Positions 25,476 to 37,488 of a stretch of DNA of 64,000 nucleotides are shown here, one piece after another (the first letter of the stretch is position 1; each line of letters starts with the position of its first letter). Position numbers and translations under genes: made by a program. The stretch spans positions 62,001 to 126,000 of the forward strand of contig NW_026918279.1 in the NCBI RefSeq assembly GCF_032062105.1. The letters are read 5' to 3'. Source of the DNA: Saccostrea cucullata. Its lineage: Eukaryota. A model generated the notes under the pieces. It worked only from the letters and a program-made list of their open reading frames with translations. It did not search any database and was not told the origin of the DNA.

Positions 25476-26169
25476 ACAGGCAATACATGATAGGCAAAAC
25501 CTATTACGCTACAAGGAGAAAGACACTAGCGGTAGGGTCCCTCTGGTAACCACATATCATCCCGTCCTTAAGAACCTTAGCGGTATCCTTCAAAAGAACC
25601 TACCAATTCTCCATTCAAAGAAACGAATGGCAGAGGTCTTTAAGGAACCCCCATTGGCTGCATACAGACGCCCAAGGAACCTAAAGGACATGGTAGTAAG
25701 AACCAGACTGGACAACCCATTACCTAACGGGGGCTTTAAAACTTGCTCTGACAGAAGATGTCTTCTTTGTAAGCACAGTACTGACACAGACAGTTTTAAC
25801 AGCCCTGTTACAGGCCGCAGCTACAAAATACTAGGAAATTTGTCCTGTCATACTGACAACTGCATTTATCTCATCAGTTGCAAAGTTTGCTCCAAACAGT
25901 ATATTGGTGAAACAGGAGATCTCCGCAGGAGAGTCAATAACCACCGTTCGACCATTAGGACCAAAAAACTCAATGAACCCGTTGGGGAACATTTCAACCT
26001 TGAGGGTCACAAATAGGAGGACATGACAGTAGTGGTGATTGACCATAACCCAAGATGGACAGATGCTCAGAGAAAAAGCAAAGACAAGTTCTGGATGCAC
26101 AGATTGAAGTCATTCCGCCCTAATGGTATTAACAAACTGAATGACTTCACCAGAATGAACGTAAACTAG
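25476..26169 (+). pseudogene. GIY-YIG endonuclease end of the Penelope ORF
   Basis: Reading frame continues past a premature TAG at 26014-26016 (EDMTVVVID...FWMHRLKSFRPNGIN) to TAG at 26167-26169. Confidence 0.8.
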
Positions 26170-26753
26170 ACCCAATTCCTGATGATACTAAACAAGATTA
26201 TTCTCTCAATTTAGTGTAAACTGTACAGTCAATTTGCGTCACCAACTCTCGAACAACCCACATAACTATGTATTGCTTTCACCTTTGTTAATTATTTTTT
26301 CTCGGTAATAAGTCTTTAAATATTTCAAAATTTATAATGGATCATAATTCATATGTTTAAATATCCCTGCCATCTTATTTTTCTTTGATTATTCTTTATT
26401 AAGCAAAGTTACGCCATTTTGAGAGAATGAAACAATGTACGATTTACTGATTGTCGTAATTAATTAGCATAATTAATTCGTTCAATTATGTAAATCGCAC
26501 TTCACCCGAGTATACCCGATAGAACGGACGCATTTCATAGCGGTCCGGATTTCTTTCTTTATTAGTGTTCTTAAAAATTTCGAATTCAACATGTAATTAA
26601 GTATGTAAATATCTAGTGTTTAGTAGTTTAGTAGTAGTGCTAGTTATTTTTGTGTCTATTTTTCCTTTGTTCTTATGACTTTTTAACTTTTTTCTTTGTC
26701 CTAAGGAAGGGACAGGGCGTCTCGAACATTTGACAATTTTTATTTTTCGTGTC

Positions 26754-26910
26754 NNNNNNNNNNNNNNNNNNNNNNNNNNNNNNNNNNNNNNNNNNNNNNN
26801 NNNNNNNNNNNNNNNNNNNNNNNNNNNNNNNNNNNNNNNNNNNNNNNNNNNNNNNNNNNNNNNNNNNNNNNNNNNNNNNNNNNNNNNNNNNNNNNNNNNN
26901 NNNNNNNNNN
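26754..26910. other. Assembly gap (157 N)
   Basis: Direct read. Confidence 1.
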
Positions 26911-27256
26911 ATTATGATATCATTGTAGAAAGATAAATTAAAAAGCTGCTGACCTTAGGCAAATAAACCATCTGTTTCGATAATAATACTGAGTGTCTCT
27001 CTTCCAAATTCATATTCTTTGACTAAATAGCAATACAATTGGCTATAATGACAGTTCGGTAGGACAGCTATGATCGGAGTATAAATGGAAAATATCGAAA
27101 AACTATCCCCTTTTAACCTATATTTCTTTCAAAGTGTTTAATTGTGGCGTGTGCAGAGGACGATGATATATCAATGGTCATCTAGCTATCATTTAGGATT
27201 GTATTATACGCAGCAAATGATTACATCAGTAAACGTGGATTAGTGAATCGGAAATC

Positions 27257-27296
27257 ATGGGTTTTCATTATAGGAATGTTCAAACAAGAATTCTTT
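27257..27296 (+). CDS. Putative first coding exon of GPCR paralog B
   Basis: ATC-ATG-G start, MGFHYRNVQTRIL + T|GTAAGT phase-1 donor matching the phase of the acceptor at 29331 and placing a Met before a hydrophobic signal-like stretch. Confidence 0.5.
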
Positions 27297-29331
27297 GTAA
27301 GTATCGTAAATTATGCATTCGATATCTAAACGTTTCTTTTAATTTTTAAGCAATGAGATATATAACTATAATAAAAACTCAGATAGAATTGATAATTTTA
27401 ATGACTTGAATTGCTCCTTAATTATTTATTCTATAACCATAACTTTGATGTCTCAATTGGATTGCTCCTTAATTATATAGAGCTTATCTATTATATAACC
27501 ATAACTTTTTTGACAAACATAATAACATAATTTTTGACAAACAAATACGAAAAATGTCAAACTTTGCAAGCACAAATTAATAATAAACACAAATAGATTT
27601 AGCACGTTGAAAATTTATAATTCGTAATATTGCCCCTGATACAAAAGTAAATTATAACTTTGAGGGTTGAAGGATATATGATACACAAAAAGACATCAAC
27701 TTGTCACATGTCACCTGCAGATTTTTATTATCGATGCTTTAAAAACGCGCTTCAGTAATGAAAAATCCCTATCAAATCATGCAGACATATTTCTTTTCAT
27801 CCAAAGCCGTTCTTTATTTTTATTTAAAACTAAACTCAACGCAAAAATATTCCCTTTCAAATAAGATCTTACTTGTAAAAATGGCGCGAAAGGCAAAGAA
27901 AATATAAAGAGCGTTTATTACTACATACAATGATGAGATTGTGGAAAGCTTTCAAATGTTCATTTTAGGATCAATTTAGCCTATTTTATCTTAAAGAGAG
28001 TGATTTGAAGTATATAAAGATGACATCAACAAATGAACTTTGTAAGGAAGCTACTTGTATTGTCAGTTGTTTCAGTTTAATCAGTACTATCAATATAAGT
28101 ACTATCAAGGCCAGGTTACTGTTTTATTTATAATTATTAGAAACAGTACAATGTGACTTTCATTAATATATTTATGTATATCTTTCCGGGAACAGTTTCT
28201 ATGTTCTGTACTAAATCTGTATACGATTGAACTGAATACAAGGATGTAAATAATTAAATCCTATATTTTTAAGATTGAAGAACTATCTTCAAAATTAAGA
28301 CTTTTTTTCCCAAAATGATATTCCAAGCTGTACATGTGTTGATTATATTGTAAAACAATTTACATTTTAACTTGCCTTACCTTATCTAGTCTTCTTGAAT
28401 ACTGGCGATGCTATTGAGGTGCCGAAGCAACCATTCCGACATATCTTTCACTTGATCATTTTCACGTGTCCCTCTCTTTATTAGCGCCATTGTATGGAAA
28501 TACAGCAAAGCAAACGTATCGAATTAATATACCCCTGGTCCTTTTTTACGGATACATTTGAAACGCGGTGGTTTCCGAATGCACACAAATAATCCCAAAA
28601 CTATTGATGATATGAGGTTTTTACTATGATTTCAAAACCTTTTCGAAAACATGAAGGAAAAGGAAACCTTGAAAACAAAAACAAAAAAAAAAAACAAAAT
28701 AAAATAAAATATGATACTGATAGGATATACTTAGAAAATGAAAGAATAAACGCAAGATACAGTAGGAAATAATTGCTAGTACCTATCAATTTTACGGAAA
28801 TGTTCAGTAAATTAAAAAAAAAATAAGTTATGCCTATGATAATAAGATGATTATGGAATTTTTCAAAATGAAATATGTCTTTACATGTAGGTACAATCGT
28901 AGAGTGACATAAAATATTACCCAAAATACAGCCAGAATGCAGGATTTGGCTTCTCTATTTTCAAATTTCTTGGGGGAAACCCCCCGTACCCCCACCAGCA
29001 GGAGGGGGATACCCCCTCCCGCACGTACCCTGCTTGTCGCTTTGTGACTCGACCAGCAGCCTTTGGCTGCTGGACAACCTAATACATGAACAGGGCAAGT
29101 AAATATAAGAATATGCTAGCCCTGCTGGCAACAATGGATTTAAAGTTAGTGTCGATCCCTGTAAAGAGAACACATAAGCAGGTAATTTTTAAATTGAGGG
29201 TTTGGAATATTCTTCAAATGATTTTAAATGATCATAAACATACATATACTACATGTGTAAGGAATATTATTTCTATTTGCCTTGAACTGCATGCAATGAA
29301 ATTTAATCACAACACATTATTTTCTTTTTAG

Positions 29332-31235
29332 ATACATCATCAAGTGTCAAAGCATTCTGGTTGATCAAAATTGTCTTCTATTTGTCGATGTCTCCTATAA
29401 CTACCGAAAAAGTTGATAAAGACTGGAAGAATCTAATGAATCAATATTCCTCAATTTGTGGCAGAGACGCTATCTGTGATCAATCTTTGATAGGAACCAC
29501 CACCGACAGGAAAAGCAACGTTTCCTGTCCAAGTTGTAGCTGCGATAGAATGTGTCGGATTCATGGTAACTGTTGCCTTGATATATCGTTCAACACATGC
29601 GTGCAAACCTCGTTCGGTTCTGAAGGGAAACAAAAATTTTACTTTATGAAAAACGACTGCCTCCCAAGTGCTGATAAACAACTTGTAAGGAAGTGTCAAG
29701 AAGCAAACGAGAATAAGAATTTCCTTCGAAGAAACCCTGTTACCTCGAAATCAACTAATATGTCATATAACAATGCTTACTGTGCTCATTGTAATAATGA
29801 ATCTATTTTTGTTCCTTGGGATATTGAAACGAATTGTTCCATTGGTCAAAACGTGTTTTCCACCATTGATGAGGTATGGAAATATTTCCAATCTAAGCAT
29901 TGCTCTTTAAGTTTCATCCCTTCAAATGAAATTCGCCAGAAATTAGAAGTCCCTAAAGTATGTGACTGGAATAAGCATTTCATCGGTGAGTGCAATGCCA
30001 CGGGAAAGCTATCTTCATTTGATTCGACAGTTGAAACTGCTTGTAAGACAAACTATCAGCCTTTTGGCTTGTTTCAAAATCCCTTTTGCCTAATGTGTAA
30101 CATTGCAGATGACTTGTTTGGACCACCAATATCAACTTGTAATGTCACGGGGCAGATTGATTATATTCCTCAGGATTTATATGATGCGTGTATCAACGAT
30201 ACTGTAGAAGCATTACAATATCCATATAAAAACAAATATTGCAAAGAATGTAATTTAGTCAAAACAGGACGAACCGATATAAAGTTGCAAGACGCGACAT
30301 TGTCTATTAATATTTACAACAGACCAATGACATCAAACATGCATGGGCAATCAATTCCTGGAAAACTCACTTATGAATCTGAGTTTAGGGTTAGCAATGT
30401 AAATTTTTCCTTTGACTCCTCGATATCAATCCGTTTATATAACATAAACAGTTTTTATCAAGCATATACTGAAGATTTCGGCTGGTTTTTAAAAAGGAAA
30501 TGGTGTCGAAGAGCCAGGTCCCATATTGATGCCGATGCAGAATATTCAGATGATAAACATTCATATCTTCCTTGTTCATGTACCTCTGAGTGCAACAATA
30601 CCAACAACTGTTGTGAAGATCCAAAGTATAATATAATTATGAAGCAAGTCAACAAATGGTCATGTGTGGATGTATCGTACCCGCCAATTCCAGATTTTCA
30701 CCAGCATTCTTATTTCATGATAAGTAAATGCTCAAAGGCTTACAATAACACTGAAATCAAGAATCTTTGTGAAAATGACAATAAACATTATCTTAGTCTA
30801 ATTCCAGTCACAGATAAAGATACGTCGGTTACGTACAAAAATTATTTTTGTTTTCTTTGTGTTGTACCAGATAGCAACTATATTCAAAACCACACATACC
30901 TAGTGCCATGGACAATTTCCTTGGCATGTCCCAAAATTTGGAATTTTAAACGTGAAGCCAGCTTGGAGCTTATCATACAAAACGTTGACTCTAGGAATTG
31001 TCAGCTAAATTTTCAGCCATCCCTTTCTTTTCCACCCGATTGTGTCTTTTCTGTAGCTGGAAGTCTGTACTGTTCACTATGTGATCAAGCAAGAACGACT
31101 GTAGGTGGAAGATATGAACTTACTAATTATCGTACAATATTCTCGTTATTTGAAAACACAGATGAGATAGACTTAGAAAAACCTAAAGATCCTAACGCAA
31201 AATGTCAAGATAATGAATTTTTCGACATTTTCAAG
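29332..31235 (+). CDS. Family-B (Methuselah/adhesion-like) GPCR paralog B, ectodomain exon
   Basis: TTTTTAG acceptor at 29331; two SMB-like Cys modules (CSCDRMCRIHGNCCLD, CSCTSECNNTNNCCED); AAG|GTAACT donor, intron 31236-31410. Confidence 0.87.
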
Positions 31236-31410
31236 GTAACTGTATAGCTACATGTATGCCATATTTATACCGTTTCTCTCTATGTGTTTGATTATTCTAT
31301 AATTATTTACAAACACTTACATTCTGTATGGGTTTCAGTGCCTCATTTACATTTAATGTTTCTGTTTGTTTCAATTTTCATATGATCAATTTTTTTTTGT
31401 TTACTTTAAG

Positions 31411-33072
31411 GGAAAATGTCGACAGCTTTTCTGTTTCCCTGGCAAAACCCTTGTGAATGGGAAGTGTTATCCACTGATTTCATTCCGATCTCCTTTAATT
31501 TACAACATAGCCTTTAAAGCAAGTCTTCGAGTACACCAAGGCTATATGCAGATGAACCTTGACCAAGTAATTCAAACAATGATTTCCTTCTTGATAGAGG
31601 ATCTTCACAATGGAACCGATCTAAGTGTTAACATTTTGGAATATCGACAGCGCTACAGAAGAATGTGTGAAGATACAATTATGGTGCTTGATTCAAATCC
31701 ACTAGAGCTCAGCATCTTTATCAAAATAATCATACAAAGCAAGAATAATGTGAAAGATCGAAATGAAATCGAACAAAGTCTTTATAACGCTTGTACGAAG
31801 ACTGGATCCTTCCAAAACTTTTCGTTGGAATTTTCAGAGGATGTAAAAGCTTGGTTTCTACCAATCCAAGAGAAAACATTACCGTTCCTCCAATTATGTG
31901 ATACACACTATCAGTCTTTTCGCCAATACAGCAATAACCCAGGTATTGATATCACCAAGCTTTTGTTTTGTCCGCAACTGTCATTAACAAACGAAGAGTG
32001 TCAGATTTCGCATGATGGACTACAGGTATATGTTTCTTCTTTGAATCGGACATTCTTTTATAATGAATTCTCCAGAGGTGAAAACAATACGGTACGAATA
32101 TGTGCCTCTGACTATACACCTACGAAACAATCTAATCAAACTCAGTCAGGATCTGGGGAACATTCAGAACATTTCTTTCTTGAAGTATTGACAATTCTAA
32201 CAACTTGCATATCCATTGTTTCTCTAGTTATTACTTTCATTGTCTATTCCATTCTCAAAAAGCTTCGCACTATCCCAGGTCAAAATTTAATGTGTTTTGT
32301 AGGATCACTGTTCTTTGCTCAACTATTTTTACTCTTTAAAGGTGTGTTCGAAGATAACAAGATAGCATGTAACGTGGTTGGGATATTCATTTACTACTTT
32401 TGGCTTTCTACATTTACATGTGCGAGTGTTTGTTCTTTACATATGTTTCGTGTGTTTGTGTGTGATGCTCGATTTTATGACAAAAATCTTTGTAATCATA
32501 CCATCATATTATACTCGCTTTATGCATTTCTGGTTCCTGTATTATGTATTTGCCTAACCATTGGAATTCATATGCATCTCTCGCAATCTTCTCTGACAGG
32601 GTTTGGGGGAAGTTCTTGTTTTATTGACGACAAGGACACCCAACTTTACAGCTTTATTCTTCCCATCTCCATTATTTGCTTCATAAACTTTATTTTGTTT
32701 TCTATAACATTTTATAAAATCCACAGTGCTCCTACTATTGAAAATACACAATGTCGAAACGATCTTAGAATTTATTTTAAGCTTTTTCTTCTGACTGGTA
32801 CAGCATGGGTTTTTCAGATCATAGATGGACTGTTCCCTGTATCACCCTTTTCATACCTGGTAACAGTTATAAATGGCTCACAGGGGGTGTATATTATGAT
32901 TTCTTTTGTCTTTACTCACCGCGTCAAACTCATGTTTGTGGAGTTGGGTTGGTTTGATAAACTGGGTCTTCGAAATGGAAAGAAATCACAGAGCAGTGGG
33001 GAGACAAAACTAACCCATAGAAGTGCAGCACCATCAGAGCTTGCTAGAATTTATCAACCATGTTCAACTTAA
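31411..33072 (+). CDS. Family-B GPCR paralog B, stalk + 7TM exon
   Basis: Same acceptor, length and 7TM motifs as 1567-3228; about 1201 aa in total if the 27257 exon is used. Confidence 0.88.
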   Translation, partial: GKCRQLFCFPGKTLVNGKCYPLISFRSPLIYNIAFKASLRVHQGYMQMNLDQVIQTMISFLIEDLHNGTDLSVNILEYRQRYRRMCEDTIMVLDSNPLELSIFIKIIIQSKNNVKDRNEIEQSLYNACTKTGSFQNFSLEFSEDVKAWFLPIQEKTLPFLQLCDTHYQSFRQYSNNPGIDITKLLFCPQLSLTNEECQISHDGLQVYVSSLNRTFFYNEFSRGENNTVRICASDYTPTKQSNQTQSGSGEHSEHFFLEVLTILTTCISIVSLVITFIVYSILKKLRTIPGQNLMCFVGSLFFAQLFLLFKGVFEDNKIACNVVGIFIYYFWLSTFTCASVCSLHMFRVFVCDARFYDKNLCNHTIILYSLYAFLVPVLCICLTIGIHMHLSQSSLTGFGGSSCFIDDKDTQLYSFILPISIICFINFILFSITFYKIHSAPTIENTQCRNDLRIYFKLFLLTGTAWVFQIIDGLFPVSPFSYLVTVINGSQGVYIMISFVFTHRVKLMFVELGWFDKLGLRNGKKSQSSGETKLTHRSAAPSELARIYQPCST

Positions 33073-33081
33073 TAATTTGTA

Positions 33082-34123
33082 CGAGGGGCGTTCAATAAAT
33101 AATGTGATTGGGGCTCGGAAAGAAAAAAAAACGCTTTTCTATGATTTCGTCTGAATGATTTAACTGAAATATTCTCTTTTAATTAAAACACGTTTCCATA
33201 ACATTTTTATTCAATTTCTTATTGTTTTAGAACATTTATTTTTGAGTATGACCCTTCGTATACTGGAATATGGCAGATCCAATGATTTGCTGTAAATGTT
33301 TTTTTTCCTTTCTGATAGATGTTATCTAAGTAAGTTTGGGAAATGAAACAGTCAAAGGTTGAAAGATCTGGCAAAGTTTGTTGGTGTGACAAAACATTAA
33401 CTTTCTGTTTATCCCAAAAACTCCTGTACTCTTCTTGGCCTGTGGGTTGGACGCTGTCATGAAAAATTTAATGTAATAAATTCTTCATTTTTGGTTCCTT
33501 CCTCTCACAAGTCTTTCAATTGTTTTGCAAAAAAATGTTTTCTAGACTCCTCCAGAAATTGAACTTCCTCTCCGAATATGAATTTGAACAATAAAACCGC
33601 TAATATTTAAGAAAATAGCATTTAAAACTGTTTTTCTATCAATTTTGCTATGTGTCTTAAAGTCAATAAAACATAATCAGTGATAATTTGTTGAATTTTC
33701 GCAAATATACATTGGTTGTTGTAAGTCCTTGTTGCCAAGGACGGTACCCATTTTTCATGCCCATTATATAATTTTTGTTTATTGAAATCCACCTGTTCAC
33801 GTGTCTATTAAACGTACATTGGTTATTGTAAATTTCATATATTTCAGTTAATATATTTTCGGCATATTCTTTCACAGCTGCTTTAATGAAGCGTTTAATT
33901 TTACTCTAGTTTACTGATTCTTGACCATTCATTTTAAATGCAGTGTCTTGGATAGCCCTTGTTTTTCAGCTTTCCACAATGAAATAATGCGATGAAAAGT
34001 GGTCACACAAACTGTTATTAATTCAGTAAAGATTCAATAATCAGAGAAAGCCAAGCTTAATGTCATATGATTTCTATGTTGTATGTCATCGAGCTAATGA
34101 CATTATTTATTGAACGTCCCTCG
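33082..34123. mobile_element. Mariner-type MITE just after the paralog B stop codon
   Basis: TA-CGAGGGGCGTTCAATAAATAATGT ... ACATTATTTATTGAACGTCCCTCG-TA; the empty site is present in paralog A (~3235). Confidence 0.9.
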
Positions 34124-34703
34124 TATTTGAAAAAAAATGTATCCAAATTTGGAATTCGACTCATTAGCTTATAGAGATTGGTCCATTATACATAAGAGGG
34201 GTTCTCAAAAAATTCCTGGAGAGGATCATATGACTTAAAACTCCTTGAGATACAAGAAAACATTTATAACATTTACTTGACATTATCTTTTTCTGTCCAC
34301 AGCATAAACTCTTAAGTATGCAGCTCATCTTTGAATAGTTTAAAAGTTTTACGTATAAATTTCAATAAAGTGAAACCTAAAATTACCTATTTCTCATGAC
34401 CAGGAATTTGTTTGATGAACTGTTATAAAGTTAACACTATTCTAAGGCACTCGCTTTATTGCCTTAGTTTTTCTAGTTAGATCTTACAATAAATTCGGTA
34501 AAGTGATCTAAAAAAAATTCTGGTGAATGAAGCCAGAATTGGGTTTGTTTTGGCTTTTTGTCACAATGTATAATGTTTCTATTGAAATTTTAATATAGAA
34601 TTTGAGAAATTAAAGAGGCCAGCAAAAGACAAAGACTTTTTTGTCTAACATCCTTCTCGATACTTTTTACTCATATGGCGGGCATCTGGGTTCGATCGCC
34701 GGT

Positions 34704-34805
34704 GGCCAGATAGCTCAGTTAATGGTAGAGCACCTGAGATCTAGGGGGCCCGGGTTCGATTCCAGGTCTGGTCTTCTGCATACCGGTATTTCTCCTCTCC
34801 CGTTA
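34704..34805 (+). mobile_element. tRNA-derived SINE head
   Basis: A box TAGCTCAGTTAATGG and B box GGTTCGATTCC, no proper anticodon arm; degenerate relatives on - at ~48835-48910 and ~49035-49100. Confidence 0.65.
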
Positions 34806-35899
34806 ACTCATATGGAAACGTCATCACTTGCCGTTGGAAGGCTAAAAATGTATACAAAAACCGAGGGTCATTGTGCAATTGAAATTTTTTTCAATCTTTT
34901 CCAAAAAATTTCCTTATTTTATTTCTTCTCGGTCCCAGTGGTCAATCATTGCATAAAATTTTCCCACAGCTGAAAAAAGTCACTTTATTAATATTGTGAA
35001 GAGACATGTCAACATGGGGAGAACAAACCTGATATTCAGAATTATATTTGCGTCAAATACAATATGAATTGTTTGAAAAAATATTGGAACTCTTTTTTAC
35101 ATTCCTTTATTTTCCCATCTTTGTTGTCAGATACACGTAACAAACAGTTTCAAGCTCACATAACTCAGGAGCTTGCCAATACGGAGCTCTTAATCATCAG
35201 AGGTGAGATCAGGTGCCATTGAAGAGTGAGCATCCTCTAGTGACTTGTTACACCTGCCGTGTGCTCTTTGTCATGATAGAAATATATATATGAAATTTCG
35301 AACACACTAGTTGCGAAATAATGATTTTCGATCACAGCAGTTTCGGAATGATTTTTAATGAGACTGTTTATTTTCTTCTTTCAATATTCCTGTACAAATA
35401 AATTAAAAACAAAAATAAACGACCAAAAATTCTTGACTTAAGTTTTCGTTTTCTTATGTTGCTCTTCGAATTCTTATCGTTTCTTTTTAGTGCCTTTCAA
35501 AGTATTTCATGAACACAAATCGCTATTTAAAAACGGTATTCATTAGAAAAACGACTTAATATTATTTTAAACAAAAACCTCTCCAGTAAAGTCTCCAGCC
35601 CCCCTTTGAGAAAAAAATTGTGCAAGTCCCAGTTTTGATAAAAGTCAATAGTCTAGATAAAACTATATTATTCAAAACAACTTAGAGACGAAAATGCAAA
35701 ACATTTATTTCGAATCAGCAGGTACTGTCAAATTATCATTTTTCATGTACATCAATATATTACATCAATCTTTGATTAATAGATTAAATCCTTACCAGTA
35801 AAGCAGAAAAAAAGCATGATTGATAATGAAAATGATTAAATGAAAGCCCTCGGGTAAAACTTAATAAGATGTACATGCACAATGTTTAAAATGGTCGAA

Positions 35900-36500
35900 T
35901 TCATACAAGACCTAGACTGTTGACAGGAGAATATGTAGGAGGTTGTGTATAGAGTAGAAAAATTGGGAAAAGAATTGGGTGGACGGGAAAGGAACATAAA
36001 TAGTAGAACTTGAAGTGACAAAGAAAGAAAACGCAGAGTAGGAAAGGAGCGACTGGGAGGAAACATGCAGAGTAGGGCTGAAAAGAACCGTGAAAGAATA
36101 GAAAATGAATTGGATAAGCAAGAAATGCATAAAGAGTAGTGTGAACAGGAAAGGAACAGAGAATTAGGAAAACTAAAAAAAGAACATCAAGAGTAGGAAC
36201 TTTGTGGACTTGTTAAAAAATGGATATGGTTGTAGGAAAGGAACAGAGAATATATGGAGTGAATAGGGTAGTAACAGAAAAAGCGGAATATATAAGGAAT
36301 GAACATATAATTGGGTGAACATGGTAGAAACAAAGATTTGGTTGCACAACAAAGGAACATAGATAGGGTATAGGGTAAACAGGGAACTTGGCCAAAAAAG
36401 AAAGCAAATAATCAACCAAATTCTGATAGCCTAAAAGATGTAATAGCATTTTTAAGGAAAAGGAATCAAAGCAAAAAGAGCAAAGAAGTAGGTTTGGGAC
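35900..36500. repeat. Purine-rich degenerate repeat (GTAGGAAAGGAAC-like)
   Basis: Recurrent TAGGAAA/GGAAC words and strong A+G strand bias. Confidence 0.5.
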
Positions 36501-37488
36501 TTCAGTGATAGGAAATAAACCGGCACCATAACATATCTTTTTATACAAATGAAAAGCAAAAAATATAAACATTTTTTTAAATATTACACAAGGTAGGAAA
36601 ATAGATGTATACATTGACAGTAAATGCACTGTTTTCAGATTCATGTATTTAAGTAAAGGTAAAAGTATATATATGACAAAGCTTGAGAGACCCTTTACAA
36701 CAAGTTCGTAACATTAAAATTGAAATAAATATATGAATTATGAACATGGTTTTCATATGAAATGATATGAACATTACTTTATCAAAATGTAATGACAGAA
36801 CAGGCATACATGAGGATTCACAATGGATGTTAACAATAATGTTTGTTCACATCAAGGGATCATTAAACAAAGGTAATTCTTAACAGAAAATGTCTTATGC
36901 TGTAATATACTTACTGAAGCATAAATACTTACTTTTCTCAAAATTCTACTCAAGAAATATGACAACTTGTTAAATATGAATAAAGGACATTTGCATTATA
37001 CATTTAGTTCAAACTTTATTGTCTTTTACCCTGGAGTTCCAATACTTAAACAAAGTGTTCTATATTTTTATGTATATATATGCTGCTGTACAATTCTTCA
37101 AAACATAAGTTTATGTAAAAAAGATATTTTAGAATACATGTTTAGTAATATTTGTTCATTCTTTTATTATACAAGAGTTTTCATTAATTGACACCTTTTC
37201 AAAACCCATGGTAATGCAAACTTTTTTTGTTTGGTTTACAAACATCTGATTATACTAGGGCTATAATCTTAAATTAAGAGTATGTTAAAAAATTATCAGT
37301 GGGTAAGGTACGATGCACATGTCCTTTAGCTTAAAGCAAAGAATAGGGAAATGCACTGAAAACTATCAAAATTAAACATTTCAACGAGATTCAATGATTG
37401 AATAACTCTAATGAAGAACAGTAACTATTCAGCCAATCAGATTGAGCTCATAGTAGTAAATGGGATACTGAAGCACCATAATTTATAG

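Larger units (their letters stand above)
24737..26753 (+). mobile_element. Penelope-like retroelement (Neptune-type), 5'-truncated, with inverted pseudo-LTR
   Basis: RT C-terminus RVPLVTTYHP, Cys linker CSDRRCLLC and C-terminal GIY-YIG (CIYLISC..C..QYIGET..LRRR..NH); 24842-25475 is the reverse complement of 26098-26753; runs into the N gap. Confidence 0.88.

Noticed and set aside
26014-26016. Selenocysteine read-through in the Penelope GIY-YIG ORF
   Set aside because: The in-frame stop is TAG, not TGA; most simply a TGG-to-TAG mutation.
35836-36644. Cluster of hydrophobic minus-strand ORFs
   Set aside because: By-product of the purine-rich low-complexity tract; no motifs or splice support.
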